A DNA stretch of 54,952 bases from Beijerinckiaceae bacterium (lineage in GTDB: Bacteria > Pseudomonadota > Alphaproteobacteria > Rhizobiales > Beijerinckiaceae), in NCBI GenBank assembly GCA_947455285.1, contig CANGOK010000001.1, forward strand, positions 1 to 54,952, written 5' to 3'. Position 1 is the stretch's first letter. Each line of letters starts with the position of its first letter. The notes under the pieces are model-generated. The model was not told the DNA's origin. It made no database searches and worked only from the letters and a program-made list of their open reading frames with translations. Positions 26,851 through 36,684 of this stretch are shown piece after piece. The position numbers and the translations under genes are program-made.

Positions 26851-27930
26851 TTAAACGGCAAGCCAAGCGCCCTTATCCAGCGGCATTGTTACAAACACCT
26901 GCTCGCCCGGTTTGTACAGCGCCGTGCTGCTTTGGAACGGCGCATCTACGCTCAGCGAAACATCACCCATCGTGAGACCGTAGCGCACGTTGGCGCCGAG
27001 AAATTCAATGTGGCTTACAACGGCAGGCAGTGAACCCGCCGGCGGCGCGTGATCGACCTTCAGGAAATGTGGCCGAATGACAAGGCGCGCATTGGTGGGG
27101 GGATGGCTCTCCTCCGGCAAGGCGACCTGCAGCCCCTCGCCCATGACAAAGCTTCGTCCCTCGATCTTTCCTGCGATGACATTGGCGGCGCCGAGGAAAT
27201 TCGCCACGAACAGGTTGGCGGGCTTTTCATAAAGTTCAACTGGCGTGCCGATTTGCTGGATCACTCCATCATTCATAATCGCGATGCGGTCGCAGATGGC
27301 GTTTGCTTCTTCCTGATCATGGGTCACGAAGATCGTGGTGAGATTCAGACGTTGCTGCAAGTCGCGCAATTCACGGCGCACCTGGATGCGCATTTTGGCG
27401 TCAAGGTTGGACAGGGGCTCATCAAGCAACAGGACCTTCGGTTCAACAACGATGGTGCGCGCGACCGCCACACGTTGCTGCTGTCCTCCAGAGAGCTGCG
27501 AGGGCTTCCGATCAGCCAGATGTCCAAGACCCACAAGATCGAGCGCGGCCTGAACGCGCCGCACCACTTCAGCTTTCGGAACCTTTCTTTCTTCAAGCCC
27601 AAAGGCGACATTCTGCGCCACGCTCATATGTGGCCACAGGGCGTAGGATTGAAACACCATGCCGACGTCACGCTTCCACGGCGGAAGATTGGACACATCT
27701 TCGCCTCCCACGAGCACATCGCCGCGATCAGCCCTGTTGAAGCCCGCAATCAGCCGCAACAAAGTTGTCTTGCCACATCCTGATGGCCCGAGAAATGCGA
27801 AGAACTCGCCGGGTTTTATGCGGAGGCTGACGTCTTTGAGAACATGATTGACGCCATATGAAAGATCGACATTGCGAATGTCGACGTCAACCGCCGCGCG
27901 GGTCCGCGCAAGATCCATAGTCTGCATCAT
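26851..27930 (-). CDS. ABC transporter ATP-binding protein (Fe3+/polyamine class)
   Basis: GPSGCGKTT, LSGGQQQR, LLDEPLSNLD, VTHDQEEA and a C-terminal TOBE-like domain. Confidence 0.93.
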   Translation of the reverse strand: MMQTMDLARTRAAVDVDIRNVDLSYGVNHVLKDVSLRIKPGEFFAFLGPSGCGKTTLLRLIAGFNRADRGDVLVGGEDVSNLPPWKRDVGMVFQSYALWPHMSVAQNVAFGLEERKVPKAEVVRRVQAALDLVGLGHLADRKPSQLSGGQQQRVAVARTIVVEPKVLLLDEPLSNLDAKMRIQVRRELRDLQQRLNLTTIFVTHDQEEANAICDRIAIMNDGVIQQIGTPVELYEKPANLFVANFLGAANVIAGKIEGRSFVMGEGLQVALPEESHPPTNARLVIRPHFLKVDHAPPAGSLPAVVSHIEFLGANVRYGLTMGDVSLSVDAPFQSSTALYKPGEQVFVTMPLDKGAWLAV

Positions 27931-27949
27931 GGTTGCGTCCTGCCAGCGC

Positions 27950-29671
27950 TCATTGGATAGCCCCTTTGGCGCTTTGCGTTCTCTCTATGACGAGATGGGA
28001 AAGATAGGTGCAGGCCGCTACAAGCAGAACCGCTATGACGCCCAGCGCTGCGCCGGGCCCGCGCCCAGCTGCTGACTGCATGAAAACGTAAAGACCGTAA
28101 ACAAGAGGGGCATCGTCGCTCGATTGCACCAGCATTAAGGTCGCTGAAAGCTCCACCGCCGCAGTCGCAAAGCTCGTGATGAACCCGGCAAGAATGCCGC
28201 CCACCATCAATGGCAAAAGGATCTTACGAGCGGATCGCAATTTTGTGGCGCCGAGACTTTCGGCAGCCTCCTCCAGAGATACGGAAATCTGCTGAAGCGA
28301 AGCGTAGCAGGCGCGCAGCGCATAGGCGAGACGGCGCACCGCAAGAGCGAGGACGATCATGATCCACATGGTCGCCAACGGACGCCCCCCTGGCAGTTGC
28401 ACATCATAAAAGGCGCGCAAAAAGCCGATGCCAAGGACGACGCCCGGAATGGCGAGCGCGGCGCTCGCGGCCCAATCCAGCCATGTCCGGCCGATCAACT
28501 TTGTTCGCAACACGAGATAGGCGATGGCGCCGCCGATGATGATGTCGATTAGGCCCGCCAGCGAGGAGTAGATCAACGTGTTCTTGATGTAATCAAAGCT
28601 CTCGCTGAAAACGCGGGTGTAGTGTGCTGTGGTGTAAGCATCCGGCAGCGGACTAAAGGACCAGACCGTGGCGAAGGAGAGCAGCAGCAGACTTATATGG
28701 GGCGCCAGCACAAGCAGCAGGATCAATAGAACGACGCCATAAGCGATCCATTTTTCATGCGGCTTCATGCTACGCTTGGCGAGCCCGCCGCCACCACGCT
28801 GTTCGGTATTGTAATCCTTGCCTGCTACCGCTCGCGCCCACAGCCACATGCATAGAACAGCTATCAGGACCAGAACCACGGAGATCACATAGCCCATTGG
28901 GTCGGTTATGCCGACTGATGTCACACGCAAATAGGCCTGTGGCGCCAGCATGTCCTTGACCCCTAGCAACAGGGGTGTCGCCAAATCATCCATCACCTTC
29001 ACGAAAACAAGCGAAGCGCCTGCGACATAGCCGGGCATGGCCAGGGGCAAGACGATGCGTCGAAAGAGCCGAAAGCCTGAGCTTCCAAGGTTCTGCGCAG
29101 CCTCCTCCATGCTGCGGTCGATATTGCGCATGGCGGTGGAGAGATTGACGAGAATGAAGGGGAAATAATGGATGGACTGGACGAAAATCACTCCGTTCAA
29201 TCCCTCCATGAAGGGAATTTTGAAATCGAAATAATCATCAAGAAGGAGATTGATCGAACCGTTGCGTCCAAACAGCAGCAACATCGCGACCGCCCCGACG
29301 AAGGGCGGCATGATCAATGGCAGAAACGCCAGCGTCTGGATGAGGACCGAACCGCGGAAATCAAAGCGCGTGGTGATATAGGCCAGCGGCAGGGCGATCA
29401 TCGAAGCCACGACCACTGTCATGGTCGAAGCGTAGATTGAATTCCAGAATGACCGGATGAAGAGATCCGTTCGTGCGAAGTCCACGAAATTGATCAGCGT
29501 AAACGCGCCCGTGCCCTTCTCCGTGAAAGCGACATAGACGACGGTCGCGACCGGCGCCGCCAGAAAGACGACGAAGAACGCAGCTATCGCCAACGCAAGG
29601 CCAATTTGCCCCGGTGTGGCGGAGGCCCTGCGTCCACGCGGGCGTTTGTGGCTCAAGACCGCCTGCGTCAT
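27950..29671 (-). CDS. ABC transporter permease (FbpB-type, fused duplicate)
   Basis: Two EAA motifs (MEEAAQNLG and LEEAAESLGA), PPFVGA and many TMs. Confidence 0.92.
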   Translation of the reverse strand: MTQAVLSHKRPRGRRASATPGQIGLALAIAAFFVVFLAAPVATVVYVAFTEKGTGAFTLINFVDFARTDLFIRSFWNSIYASTMTVVVASMIALPLAYITTRFDFRGSVLIQTLAFLPLIMPPFVGAVAMLLLFGRNGSINLLLDDYFDFKIPFMEGLNGVIFVQSIHYFPFILVNLSTAMRNIDRSMEEAAQNLGSSGFRLFRRIVLPLAMPGYVAGASLVFVKVMDDLATPLLLGVKDMLAPQAYLRVTSVGITDPMGYVISVVLVLIAVLCMWLWARAVAGKDYNTEQRGGGGLAKRSMKPHEKWIAYGVVLLILLLVLAPHISLLLLSFATVWSFSPLPDAYTTAHYTRVFSESFDYIKNTLIYSSLAGLIDIIIGGAIAYLVLRTKLIGRTWLDWAASAALAIPGVVLGIGFLRAFYDVQLPGGRPLATMWIMIVLALAVRRLAYALRACYASLQQISVSLEEAAESLGATKLRSARKILLPLMVGGILAGFITSFATAAVELSATLMLVQSSDDAPLVYGLYVFMQSAAGRGPGAALGVIAVLLVAACTYLSHLVIERTQSAKGAIQ

Positions 29672-29674
29672 CGA

Positions 29675-30997
29675 TTAGCGCGCGAGCTTGACGGCCTGTT
29701 CAGCCTTGGTGCGCGCCTGTTCAAATTTGCCCTTGGCGAAGGCCGCCCATTGCTGTTCCAACTCCGCCTGCCGCGCGCCCTTTTCCTTGGCGCCGGTGAA
29801 TGCGCTCGTGATCTCGGGCGCACGCGCCTGTGGCTCGGTGATGGGCATCGCAGCCACGAGGTCGCGGGCTTCTTTCACCAGCGCACGCGCCTCTGCGTTG
29901 TCTTTCTTGGCGAGCGCGGCTTCCGCATCGTGGATCGCTTTGGTCGCGCCCTTCAATCCCTCGAGCTGAAAGGTGATCATCTGATCAAATAGCGCATCGA
30001 CCACGTCCGTACGCTTCTCGGAGATCTCAACGTCGAATTTCACCCGCGCGCCAAGCGAAGGATCCTTGAAGGGGTTCGGGTAGTCGGCAGGCGCCTGCGC
30101 ATAGGTCGCCGGGAGGACCGGCAGACGCCTGATGCCCGGCTCCAGCAGAACCGTCTGTCCAGCCGGCGATAGAAGGAAATCAAGAAAGGCCTCCCCCGCC
30201 GCCTTGTTGGGCGCATTGGCGATCAGGCCCACATTTGCAGGCACGATGGTCGTCACCGTCGGGTAGACAAACTTCACCGGAAATCCCGAAGCCTGCGCAG
30301 AAAATGCGAAGAAATCGATCACGACGCCAAAGCCGACCTGACCCGAATTCACTGCCTCCGGCACGCCAAAGGAGCGATCCGTGACTTGCCGGAAGTTGCC
30401 CGAGACTTCCTTGATGGTGCGCCAGCCCTTATCCCAACCCTCGCCCTGAAGGATCGTCTCAATGGTGAGATGAGTCGTGCCAGAGCGAGATGGCGCGGCC
30501 ATCAACGTATGATCGAAGTAGACGGGGCGAGCGAGATCGCTCCAGTCCTTGGGCTCAGGCAATTTATTGGCGCGCGCGTAGCGATCATTCCACATGATGC
30601 CGTAACCCGAAGCGGCGAAGCCGAAATAGAACCCTTGGGGATCATTAATAGGGAACGAGCCGATCTTCTCGGGAATGCCGACGGTCTTGACCTGATATTT
30701 CTGCAATAGCCCCTTGACCTTCAGCGCCTCAAAAGCGTCGGGGGCGGAGGCCCAGAATATGTCTACCTGATTATTCGAGCGGGTCTCTTCGAGATATTTC
30801 ACGCCCGCATTGGTGTTGCGGTTTTGCACATCAAGGGTGGCGCCCGGATAGGCCTTTTCAAAAGCCTTCTTGAAAGGGTCGGTCACATCCTTGGCGAAGG
30901 ATGTCACAACCGTCACCTTGCCGGTTTGGGCGCAGGCAGCACCAATCCCGAGCAACCCCACCGCCGCTGCGACAGCAAAAACCGAAAGCCGGGACAT
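29675..30997 (-). CDS. ABC substrate-binding protein (Fe3+/PgtC-like family)
   Basis: Signal peptide, DIFWASAPDAF, PSRSGT and IDFF motifs. It heads the ABC operon. Confidence 0.85.
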   Translation of the reverse strand: MSRLSVFAVAAAVGLLGIGAACAQTGKVTVVTSFAKDVTDPFKKAFEKAYPGATLDVQNRNTNAGVKYLEETRSNNQVDIFWASAPDAFEALKVKGLLQKYQVKTVGIPEKIGSFPINDPQGFYFGFAASGYGIMWNDRYARANKLPEPKDWSDLARPVYFDHTLMAAPSRSGTTHLTIETILQGEGWDKGWRTIKEVSGNFRQVTDRSFGVPEAVNSGQVGFGVVIDFFAFSAQASGFPVKFVYPTVTTIVPANVGLIANAPNKAAGEAFLDFLLSPAGQTVLLEPGIRRLPVLPATYAQAPADYPNPFKDPSLGARVKFDVEISEKRTDVVDALFDQMITFQLEGLKGATKAIHDAEAALAKKDNAEARALVKEARDLVAAMPITEPQARAPEITSAFTGAKEKGARQAELEQQWAAFAKGKFEQARTKAEQAVKLAR

Positions 30998-31045
30998 GAC
31001 ACGTTCCTTCTGATCGACGACGCCTGCGTCCAAATCTTGCTTCGG

Positions 31046-31074
31046 AACCTACAAGATCGCGAAGCCCGGTTCAA
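31046..31074 (-). promoter_or_regulatory. Possible sigma70 promoter for the ABC operon
   Basis: Minus strand reads TTGAAC-N17-TAGGTT upstream of the SBP start. Confidence 0.3.
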
Positions 31075-31132
31075 ACATTGGCACATCAAGACACGGGACA
31101 GTACCAGGGCTTTAGTTCAGCCCCAGCGCCGT

Positions 31133-32140
31133 TCAGTCGCCGGCGATGTCGCGGGCGCGCGCAATGACCTCCGGTGATGAACCGTAGATATCAGCGATGC
31201 GTTTGGCGACGGTTGGGCCGTCATCGGCGCCGATCAGCAATCGCTGCCTTTCAGCATCCGCCAGAAATTCCGAATCCTTCATCGTTGCGTCGAAAGCCGC
31301 GCGCAAGGCCGCGACTCTGTCCGATGGGACGGATTTAGACACGAGGAAGGGGCGGCCGATCTCTGCGCCCGACACCAGAAGCCGGAATGTCTGCTTTTTT
31401 GCTTCATTGTCCAGAAAGTCCGACGCCCACGGAATGTCTGGCGGCATGTCGGCAGGGACTGTCTTCGAAAAGCGAACGTGCATGTCGATTTTCTTCTCGC
31501 GCAGCCATTCCAATGGCAGGCTGGTCCAGGAGCCGCAATCGCCATCAAGTTCGCCGCTTTCAATGGCGATCTTTTTGTCAGCGGAGCCTGGATAGCCCTG
31601 CACGGTCTTCAACTTCACCCCGAACAACATCAGCAGCATTCGGTCATCCAGATAGGCTGACGTTCCAACTCCGGTATTGCCGAACACGACATTATCGCGC
31701 CCGAGAAAGGACTTCCAATCGCTCATGCCACGGGCGTGCCAGGTGAAGCAGACGCGGACATCTTCGCTGATATTGCCAATCCAGGAAAAATTTCGAAAAT
31801 CGATCGGCGTCTTATGGGGAGCGGTTAGCGAGCCCAAAATAAGCCCGGGATTGAATGTTACGATCGCCGTACCATCCGTGGGCGCGCCAGAATCCAGATA
31901 TTGAAGGGACTTCAGACTGGCGGCGCCCGGCATATTCTGCACGACGACGTTGGGAACGCCGGGAATATGTTTGCTGATATGTCGCGCCAGCAGGCGGCCA
32001 TATTGATCGTATCCGCCACCTGAGGAGAACCCGACGATGATGCGGACCGATTTACCGCGATAGAAAGTCTCTACATCCTGCGCCACAGCCAGATTGGACA
32101 AGCTGGCGAAGAAAACCGAAATCATCAAGAGCGTGCGCAT
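31133..32140 (-). CDS. Tripartite tricarboxylate transporter (Bug/TctC-family) substrate-binding protein
   Basis: FYRGK, GFSSGGGYD.Y.R, NMPGA, GYPGS, GELDG, GRPF and AF.ATM.D.EF motifs. Confidence 0.9.
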   Translation of the reverse strand: MRTLLMISVFFASLSNLAVAQDVETFYRGKSVRIIVGFSSGGGYDQYGRLLARHISKHIPGVPNVVVQNMPGAASLKSLQYLDSGAPTDGTAIVTFNPGLILGSLTAPHKTPIDFRNFSWIGNISEDVRVCFTWHARGMSDWKSFLGRDNVVFGNTGVGTSAYLDDRMLLMLFGVKLKTVQGYPGSADKKIAIESGELDGDCGSWTSLPLEWLREKKIDMHVRFSKTVPADMPPDIPWASDFLDNEAKKQTFRLLVSGAEIGRPFLVSKSVPSDRVAALRAAFDATMKDSEFLADAERQRLLIGADDGPTVAKRIADIYGSSPEVIARARDIAGD

Positions 32141-32370
32141 TCCGGGTAACATCCCCTCCCCGTTCATTCTTTTTCTGCCCATCCTGCAACAGGAGAACAA
32201 TTTTAGGGCAGTCTAACCTCTTGTGACGGCAAAACAAGGGATCTGGAGTGGGGTGAATGCCGGGGCACACCACATAAAATTTTCGCGACGCCTCAATTTC
32301 CGCAAAGTTCTCATTAACGAATGGAGCTTTAGTCTAGCCAGACGAGTAACGTGTAAAGGGTGCGTTGATC

Positions 32371-32577
32371 ATGGATAGATCCTCAACAGCGTCTTCACCC
32401 CTTCCCAGTCCGATGGAGCGTCTGCAGGCGTCGCTTCAGCGGTCCATCGAACGAAGCGGCCCGAATAGCCTCTACAGTCGTGTGCTGAAGGCTGAAATTA
32501 CACGCTACGAAGCCAAGCTTCAGAGCAAACCGCCGGTGCGTCAGGCGCCATGGACGGCCAGCTCCCTCGGCCAATAA
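32371..32577 (+). CDS. Small hypothetical protein
   Basis: 68-aa ORF in an otherwise empty intergenic gap, with a predicted amphipathic helix pair (MERLQASLQRSIER and YSRVLKAEITRYEAKL). Confidence 0.4.
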   Translation: MDRSSTASSPLPSPMERLQASLQRSIERSGPNSLYSRVLKAEITRYEAKLQSKPPVRQAPWTASSLGQ

Positions 32578-32798
32578 GCCCGAGCGCAGAGCTTACTTGA
32601 GATTTACGACCATTCTGCGCTTGCGTTGAAGCGCTAGTGCACCCGCATTTTATGGCCAGCGTGCGTCCTGCTGCGACCACGCCATCTACTTCTATTGCTC
32701 GCACGCCACTTGCATTCGCCCCCGCCAGGAACAGGGTTGCCAGACCGGCGCTTTCGGTATCTGATCGCCTGTAACCAATCATAAAATGGAGGGAGCCC

Positions 32799-33812
32799 TT
32801 GAGTATTCGGCATATGCTTATGGCGGCGGCCCTCATGATCTTCGCGCCAATGGCGAACGCAAAAGCCGACGAAACGGCGGACTTCTATCGTGCGAACCGC
32901 ATGACCATGTTCATTGGCTCATCAACCGGCGACGGCACTGACCTCTATGGACGGCTCGTCATCAAATACATGAGCAAAAAGCTCCCCGGCGCCCCACAAT
33001 TTGTGACAACGAACCTTCCCGGCGCAAATGGACTCGTCGCCGCCAACCAACTCTACAATCTCGCGCCAAAAGACGGCTCCACCATTGGCACCTTCAGCCG
33101 GTATGCCGCCTTTGAAGCCCTATGGAACAATCCATCGGCGCGCTTCAAACCCGAACGCTTCAATTGGATTGGCAATGTCAATATCGATGTGAGCGTTTGC
33201 ATAACCTGGCATTCAGCCGAGGTGAAATCGCTCGCTGAATTCATGAGCCGCGACCTCAAGATCGGCGTCACCAATGAATCTCACGTCAACATCCTGAACA
33301 ATCTGTTCGGCGCGAAGCTCAGCGCCATCAAAGGCTATCCCGGCGGCAACGAAGTCAATCTGGCGCTGGAACGTGGCGAAGTTGATGGCCGATGCAACAT
33401 TTCATGGTCCGCTCTCGTGTCCACAAACCGAAACTGGCTGCGAGATAAGAAAATAGACATCCTCATGCAATTCTCGCATCGCAAGCTGGGCGATTTGCCC
33501 AATGTCGCGCTGGTGACTGAGCTCGCCACGACAGACCTTCAGAAGCAAATTCTAAATCTCGTTCTAACAAGCCAGATGATGGCTCGCGTGATCGTGGCAC
33601 CGCCGGATGTTCCGGCTACTCGCATTGCAGCCTTGCGCAAGGCTTTTGATGAAACCATGCAGGACGAAGATTTCCTTCAGGAAGCAGCCCGACTTGGTGC
33701 TCCAATAGACCCCGTTAGCGGCGCGGAAATCCAACAAGTCATAACCGATATGTTTCGCACGCCTCCCGAGGTCGTGAGGGAATTTCAGTCCATGGTGGGC
33801 GGCAGACTATGA
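32799..33812 (+). CDS. Bug/TctC-family substrate-binding protein
   Basis: Signal peptide, GSSTGDGTDLYGR, NLPGANG and GYPGGNEVNLALERGEVDG motifs. TTG follows GGAGGG. Confidence 0.88.
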   Translation: MSIRHMLMAAALMIFAPMANAKADETADFYRANRMTMFIGSSTGDGTDLYGRLVIKYMSKKLPGAPQFVTTNLPGANGLVAANQLYNLAPKDGSTIGTFSRYAAFEALWNNPSARFKPERFNWIGNVNIDVSVCITWHSAEVKSLAEFMSRDLKIGVTNESHVNILNNLFGAKLSAIKGYPGGNEVNLALERGEVDGRCNISWSALVSTNRNWLRDKKIDILMQFSHRKLGDLPNVALVTELATTDLQKQILNLVLTSQMMARVIVAPPDVPATRIAALRKAFDETMQDEDFLQEAARLGAPIDPVSGAEIQQVITDMFRTPPEVVREFQSMVGGRL

Positions 33813-34534
33813 GCTCAGGAGAAAAACCGGTGCTTGAAACAATCCAGATCGTCGTTGATGGAAGCCCGATGGATATGCTCGTTGCGACGCCGCCGGGAGA
33901 CGGCCCTCGCCCCGGGATCCTCCTGTCACATTATCAGCATGGACTGGGACCTTTCACGCGGCGAAATGCCGAACGCTTGGCCGCTGAAGGCTATGTGGTC
34001 GTGGCGCCAGACCATTACCACCACACGCCCAATGAGCCCGATCTCAAGCTCCGTAAACAAGGGCTCATCGATACGCGACTGATCGCGGACATGATCGCGG
34101 CTACCAATTATCTGAGACGCCACCCCAGAACAGTCCCTGAGCGCACCGCAATCATGGGACATTGCATGGGCGGCCGGCAGACCTTGCTTGGGGCGGCGAC
34201 GATCCCGGACTTTCGCTGCGCGATTGATTGCTACGGCGGCGGCGTGCTGCGTGCGCAGGGTCCGGGACCGACCGTCTTTGAACGATTGGCGGGGATCAAA
34301 TGCCCGGTGGCAGGGTTCTTTGGAATCAATGACGCCAATCCGCCGCCCGAAGATGTCCGCAAAGTGGAAGCAGAACTAAAACGGCTCGGGATCGAAACGG
34401 ATTTTCACATATACGAAGGCACGGGCCATGCGTTCATGGACCCGGACCAAACGCGATATGTCGAGACCTCAGCACTCGACGCCTGGACCCGGATTCTGGC
34501 CTTCCTCAACCGCCATTTATCCGCGCCTTCGTGA
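33809..34534 (+). CDS. Dienelactone hydrolase family protein
   Basis: GHCMGG nucleophile elbow, FG.ND, YEGTGHAF and AW.R motifs. ATGA overlap with the TctC gene. Confidence 0.9.
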   Translation: MSSGEKPVLETIQIVVDGSPMDMLVATPPGDGPRPGILLSHYQHGLGPFTRRNAERLAAEGYVVVAPDHYHHTPNEPDLKLRKQGLIDTRLIADMIAATNYLRRHPRTVPERTAIMGHCMGGRQTLLGAATIPDFRCAIDCYGGGVLRAQGPGPTVFERLAGIKCPVAGFFGINDANPPPEDVRKVEAELKRLGIETDFHIYEGTGHAFMDPDQTRYVETSALDAWTRILAFLNRHLSAPS

Positions 34535-34546
34535 GGCCAGAAAGCC

Positions 34547-35296
34547 TCAGGGCAGATAGACGCCGCCATTCACATGGATCGTCTGACCGGTGATGTATCG
34601 CCCGCGCGGTCCAGCAAGGTGACGCACCATCGCTGCGACTTCCTCCGGCAGACCGCGACGGCCCAGCAGGGTCGCGTGATGCTTGTGGTGGTCGGGCCGG
34701 TCAGCGGAACGTCCCTGACGCTGCGTATCGATAAGGCCCGGCGAGATAAGGTTGACAGTGAGGCCGATAGGCGCGAACTCATGCGCCAACGCTTTGGTGA
34801 AGCCATCCAGCCCCGCCTTGGCCGCGACAACATGGGCGCGCTTGGCGGCGCCCGTATAAGCAGTCAATCCGCCCATGTTGATGATGGCGCCCGCATCGCT
34901 CTTGCGAAGCAGAGGCAGAAGCGCCTGCGTGGTCAAAAAGGCGCCGTCGAGGTTGACGGCCATCACCTCACGCCACTGGTCAAGCGTGATGTCTTCAAAG
35001 TTATGTTCCGCCCGCAAAGCGGCGTTGTTCACGAGAATGTCGAGACGGCCCAAGAGCGTTTCGACGGAAGCCGCCAGAGCGCGCACGGACGCCTGATCCG
35101 TAATATCCGCGAGGATGACTTCGGCGCGCCCACCGTTGGCGCGGATGAGCGCCGCAGTCTCATCAAGCCCCGCCTTGTCTGCACGGGCGACGAGCGCGAC
35201 GCTCGCCCCTCCCGCCGCCAGATCACAGGCGATGGCGCGTCCGATATTACGGGCCGCGCCGGTGACGACCGCTACGCGGTTGGCAAGCTCTGTCAT
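34547..35296 (-). CDS. Short-chain dehydrogenase/reductase (atypical active site HxxxK)
   Basis: TGAARNIG, LVNNA, HVVAAK in place of YxxxK, SPG.IDT and ITGQTIHVNGG. Confidence 0.9.
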   Translation of the reverse strand: MTELANRVAVVTGAARNIGRAIACDLAAGGASVALVARADKAGLDETAALIRANGGRAEVILADITDQASVRALAASVETLLGRLDILVNNAALRAEHNFEDITLDQWREVMAVNLDGAFLTTQALLPLLRKSDAGAIINMGGLTAYTGAAKRAHVVAAKAGLDGFTKALAHEFAPIGLTVNLISPGLIDTQRQGRSADRPDHHKHHATLLGRRGLPEEVAAMVRHLAGPRGRYITGQTIHVNGGVYLP

Positions 35297-35310
35297 GGGA
35301 CTCTTCTTTC

Positions 35311-36684
35311 TCAGATGCGCAACTGACGAAGGGACGTGGAATCCTTCGTCTCAAAGAGATGCGAGACAAGGACACGCGCCGCTTCGGCCTCGCCATTCGA
35401 CCAGCCGCCATAAATCGCGTTGTCGATGAACTTGGTCTCGAGTTCCTGCAGGCTCATGGGCGCCTGCGGACCGCCGCGCATATAGCCCTGCTTGATCTCA
35501 CGAACCTCACCGTTGCTCAGCGTAGCCTTGAGGGCTCCGATGAACTGGTCGGGATAGGGGTCATTGGGGTCGATGACATAGCTGATCTTTGCCGCGAGCG
35601 CGCGCGCTGCGGGATCCTTGATATGCGCCTCGTCGAACTGGCTGAGGCCCGCCTTGCCATCAAGGAAGCCGATGGCCATGCAGAAGGGCGTCGAGAACTT
35701 CGCCGCATAGGGCGTCTGGGGATTGTGCTTCACCGCCAGCGGCTCCCAGAGGCGATGCACCGTGCCCTCGCCCACAGGGCAACTGATGGAGACGATATCC
35801 TGCGCCTTCACGCCCTGCTGCGCCAGTTGAATGGCGCAATCGATGAAGGGCTGCGTCATGGTTCCGCAGGCATAGGGCTTGAAGATGATGTCGTCGATGA
35901 CCCAGCGAGCTCCCAGATCATCAAGCAGGAAGTTATATGCGGGTTTGCGCGAGGGCGCGAAGGCGTGGAAGAAGCCGTGGGAGCCTTCAAAAACTGTACG
36001 CGGCCCAAGGAAGCCGCCGCGCGCCATCAGCGCAGCGCGCATGCCAGATTGCGCAGCCCAGCCCGCATGCATGCGCTTCGTCCAGGTGCCTTCAGCGAGA
36101 TATTCGATGATGCCGGAAGCCATGCTGCCGGCGATGCCGAGCGCGGACACCGTCTGCTGCTTGTTGAGGTTCAGCGCGACGGAAACAGCGCCGGCCGCAG
36201 CCATGGCGCCGATGACGGCCGTGGGGTGAAAACCCGCCTTGTGGATCGCCTTGGGGGTCACAAGGCTCAGGCGGCAGAGAAGCTCCGAACCATAAGCGGT
36301 GGCGAGCAAAAGGCGTTCACCCGAAATTTGCTCCATCTCGCCGATGGCCATGGCCGCCGGGATGATGACGGCGCCCGAATGGACAGGCCCGCCTTCGAAC
36401 GTGTCGTCATAATCTTCGCCATGGGCGGCGGTTCCGTTGATCAGCGCAGCGCTGAAGGGATCAAAACCGCGCGCATGGCCGATCGCGGTCGCATCGCCCG
36501 GGCCTGCGGCGGCGAGCGTGGCGAGGACATAGTCTTCCTTGCGCGCCGCGATGCACAGGCCCGTCACATCGAGAGCGATGCGACGGCACATGTCGATGGT
36601 CTGGGGCTGAAGCTTGCTGACGTCTGCGCCAACGAGCCAATCAGCAAGGGTTTCAGCGATGGGCGTATTGAGAACTTCGGTCAT
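35311..36684 (-). CDS. MmgE/PrpD family protein
   Basis: NGTAAHGEDYDD, GPVH, GFHPT, KRMHAG, KPYACG and AKFS motifs. Confidence 0.92.
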   Translation of the reverse strand: MTEVLNTPIAETLADWLVGADVSKLQPQTIDMCRRIALDVTGLCIAARKEDYVLATLAAAGPGDATAIGHARGFDPFSAALINGTAAHGEDYDDTFEGGPVHSGAVIIPAAMAIGEMEQISGERLLLATAYGSELLCRLSLVTPKAIHKAGFHPTAVIGAMAAAGAVSVALNLNKQQTVSALGIAGSMASGIIEYLAEGTWTKRMHAGWAAQSGMRAALMARGGFLGPRTVFEGSHGFFHAFAPSRKPAYNFLLDDLGARWVIDDIIFKPYACGTMTQPFIDCAIQLAQQGVKAQDIVSISCPVGEGTVHRLWEPLAVKHNPQTPYAAKFSTPFCMAIGFLDGKAGLSQFDEAHIKDPAARALAAKISYVIDPNDPYPDQFIGALKATLSNGEVREIKQGYMRGGPQAPMSLQELETKFIDNAIYGGWSNGEAEAARVLVSHLFETKDSTSLRQLRI

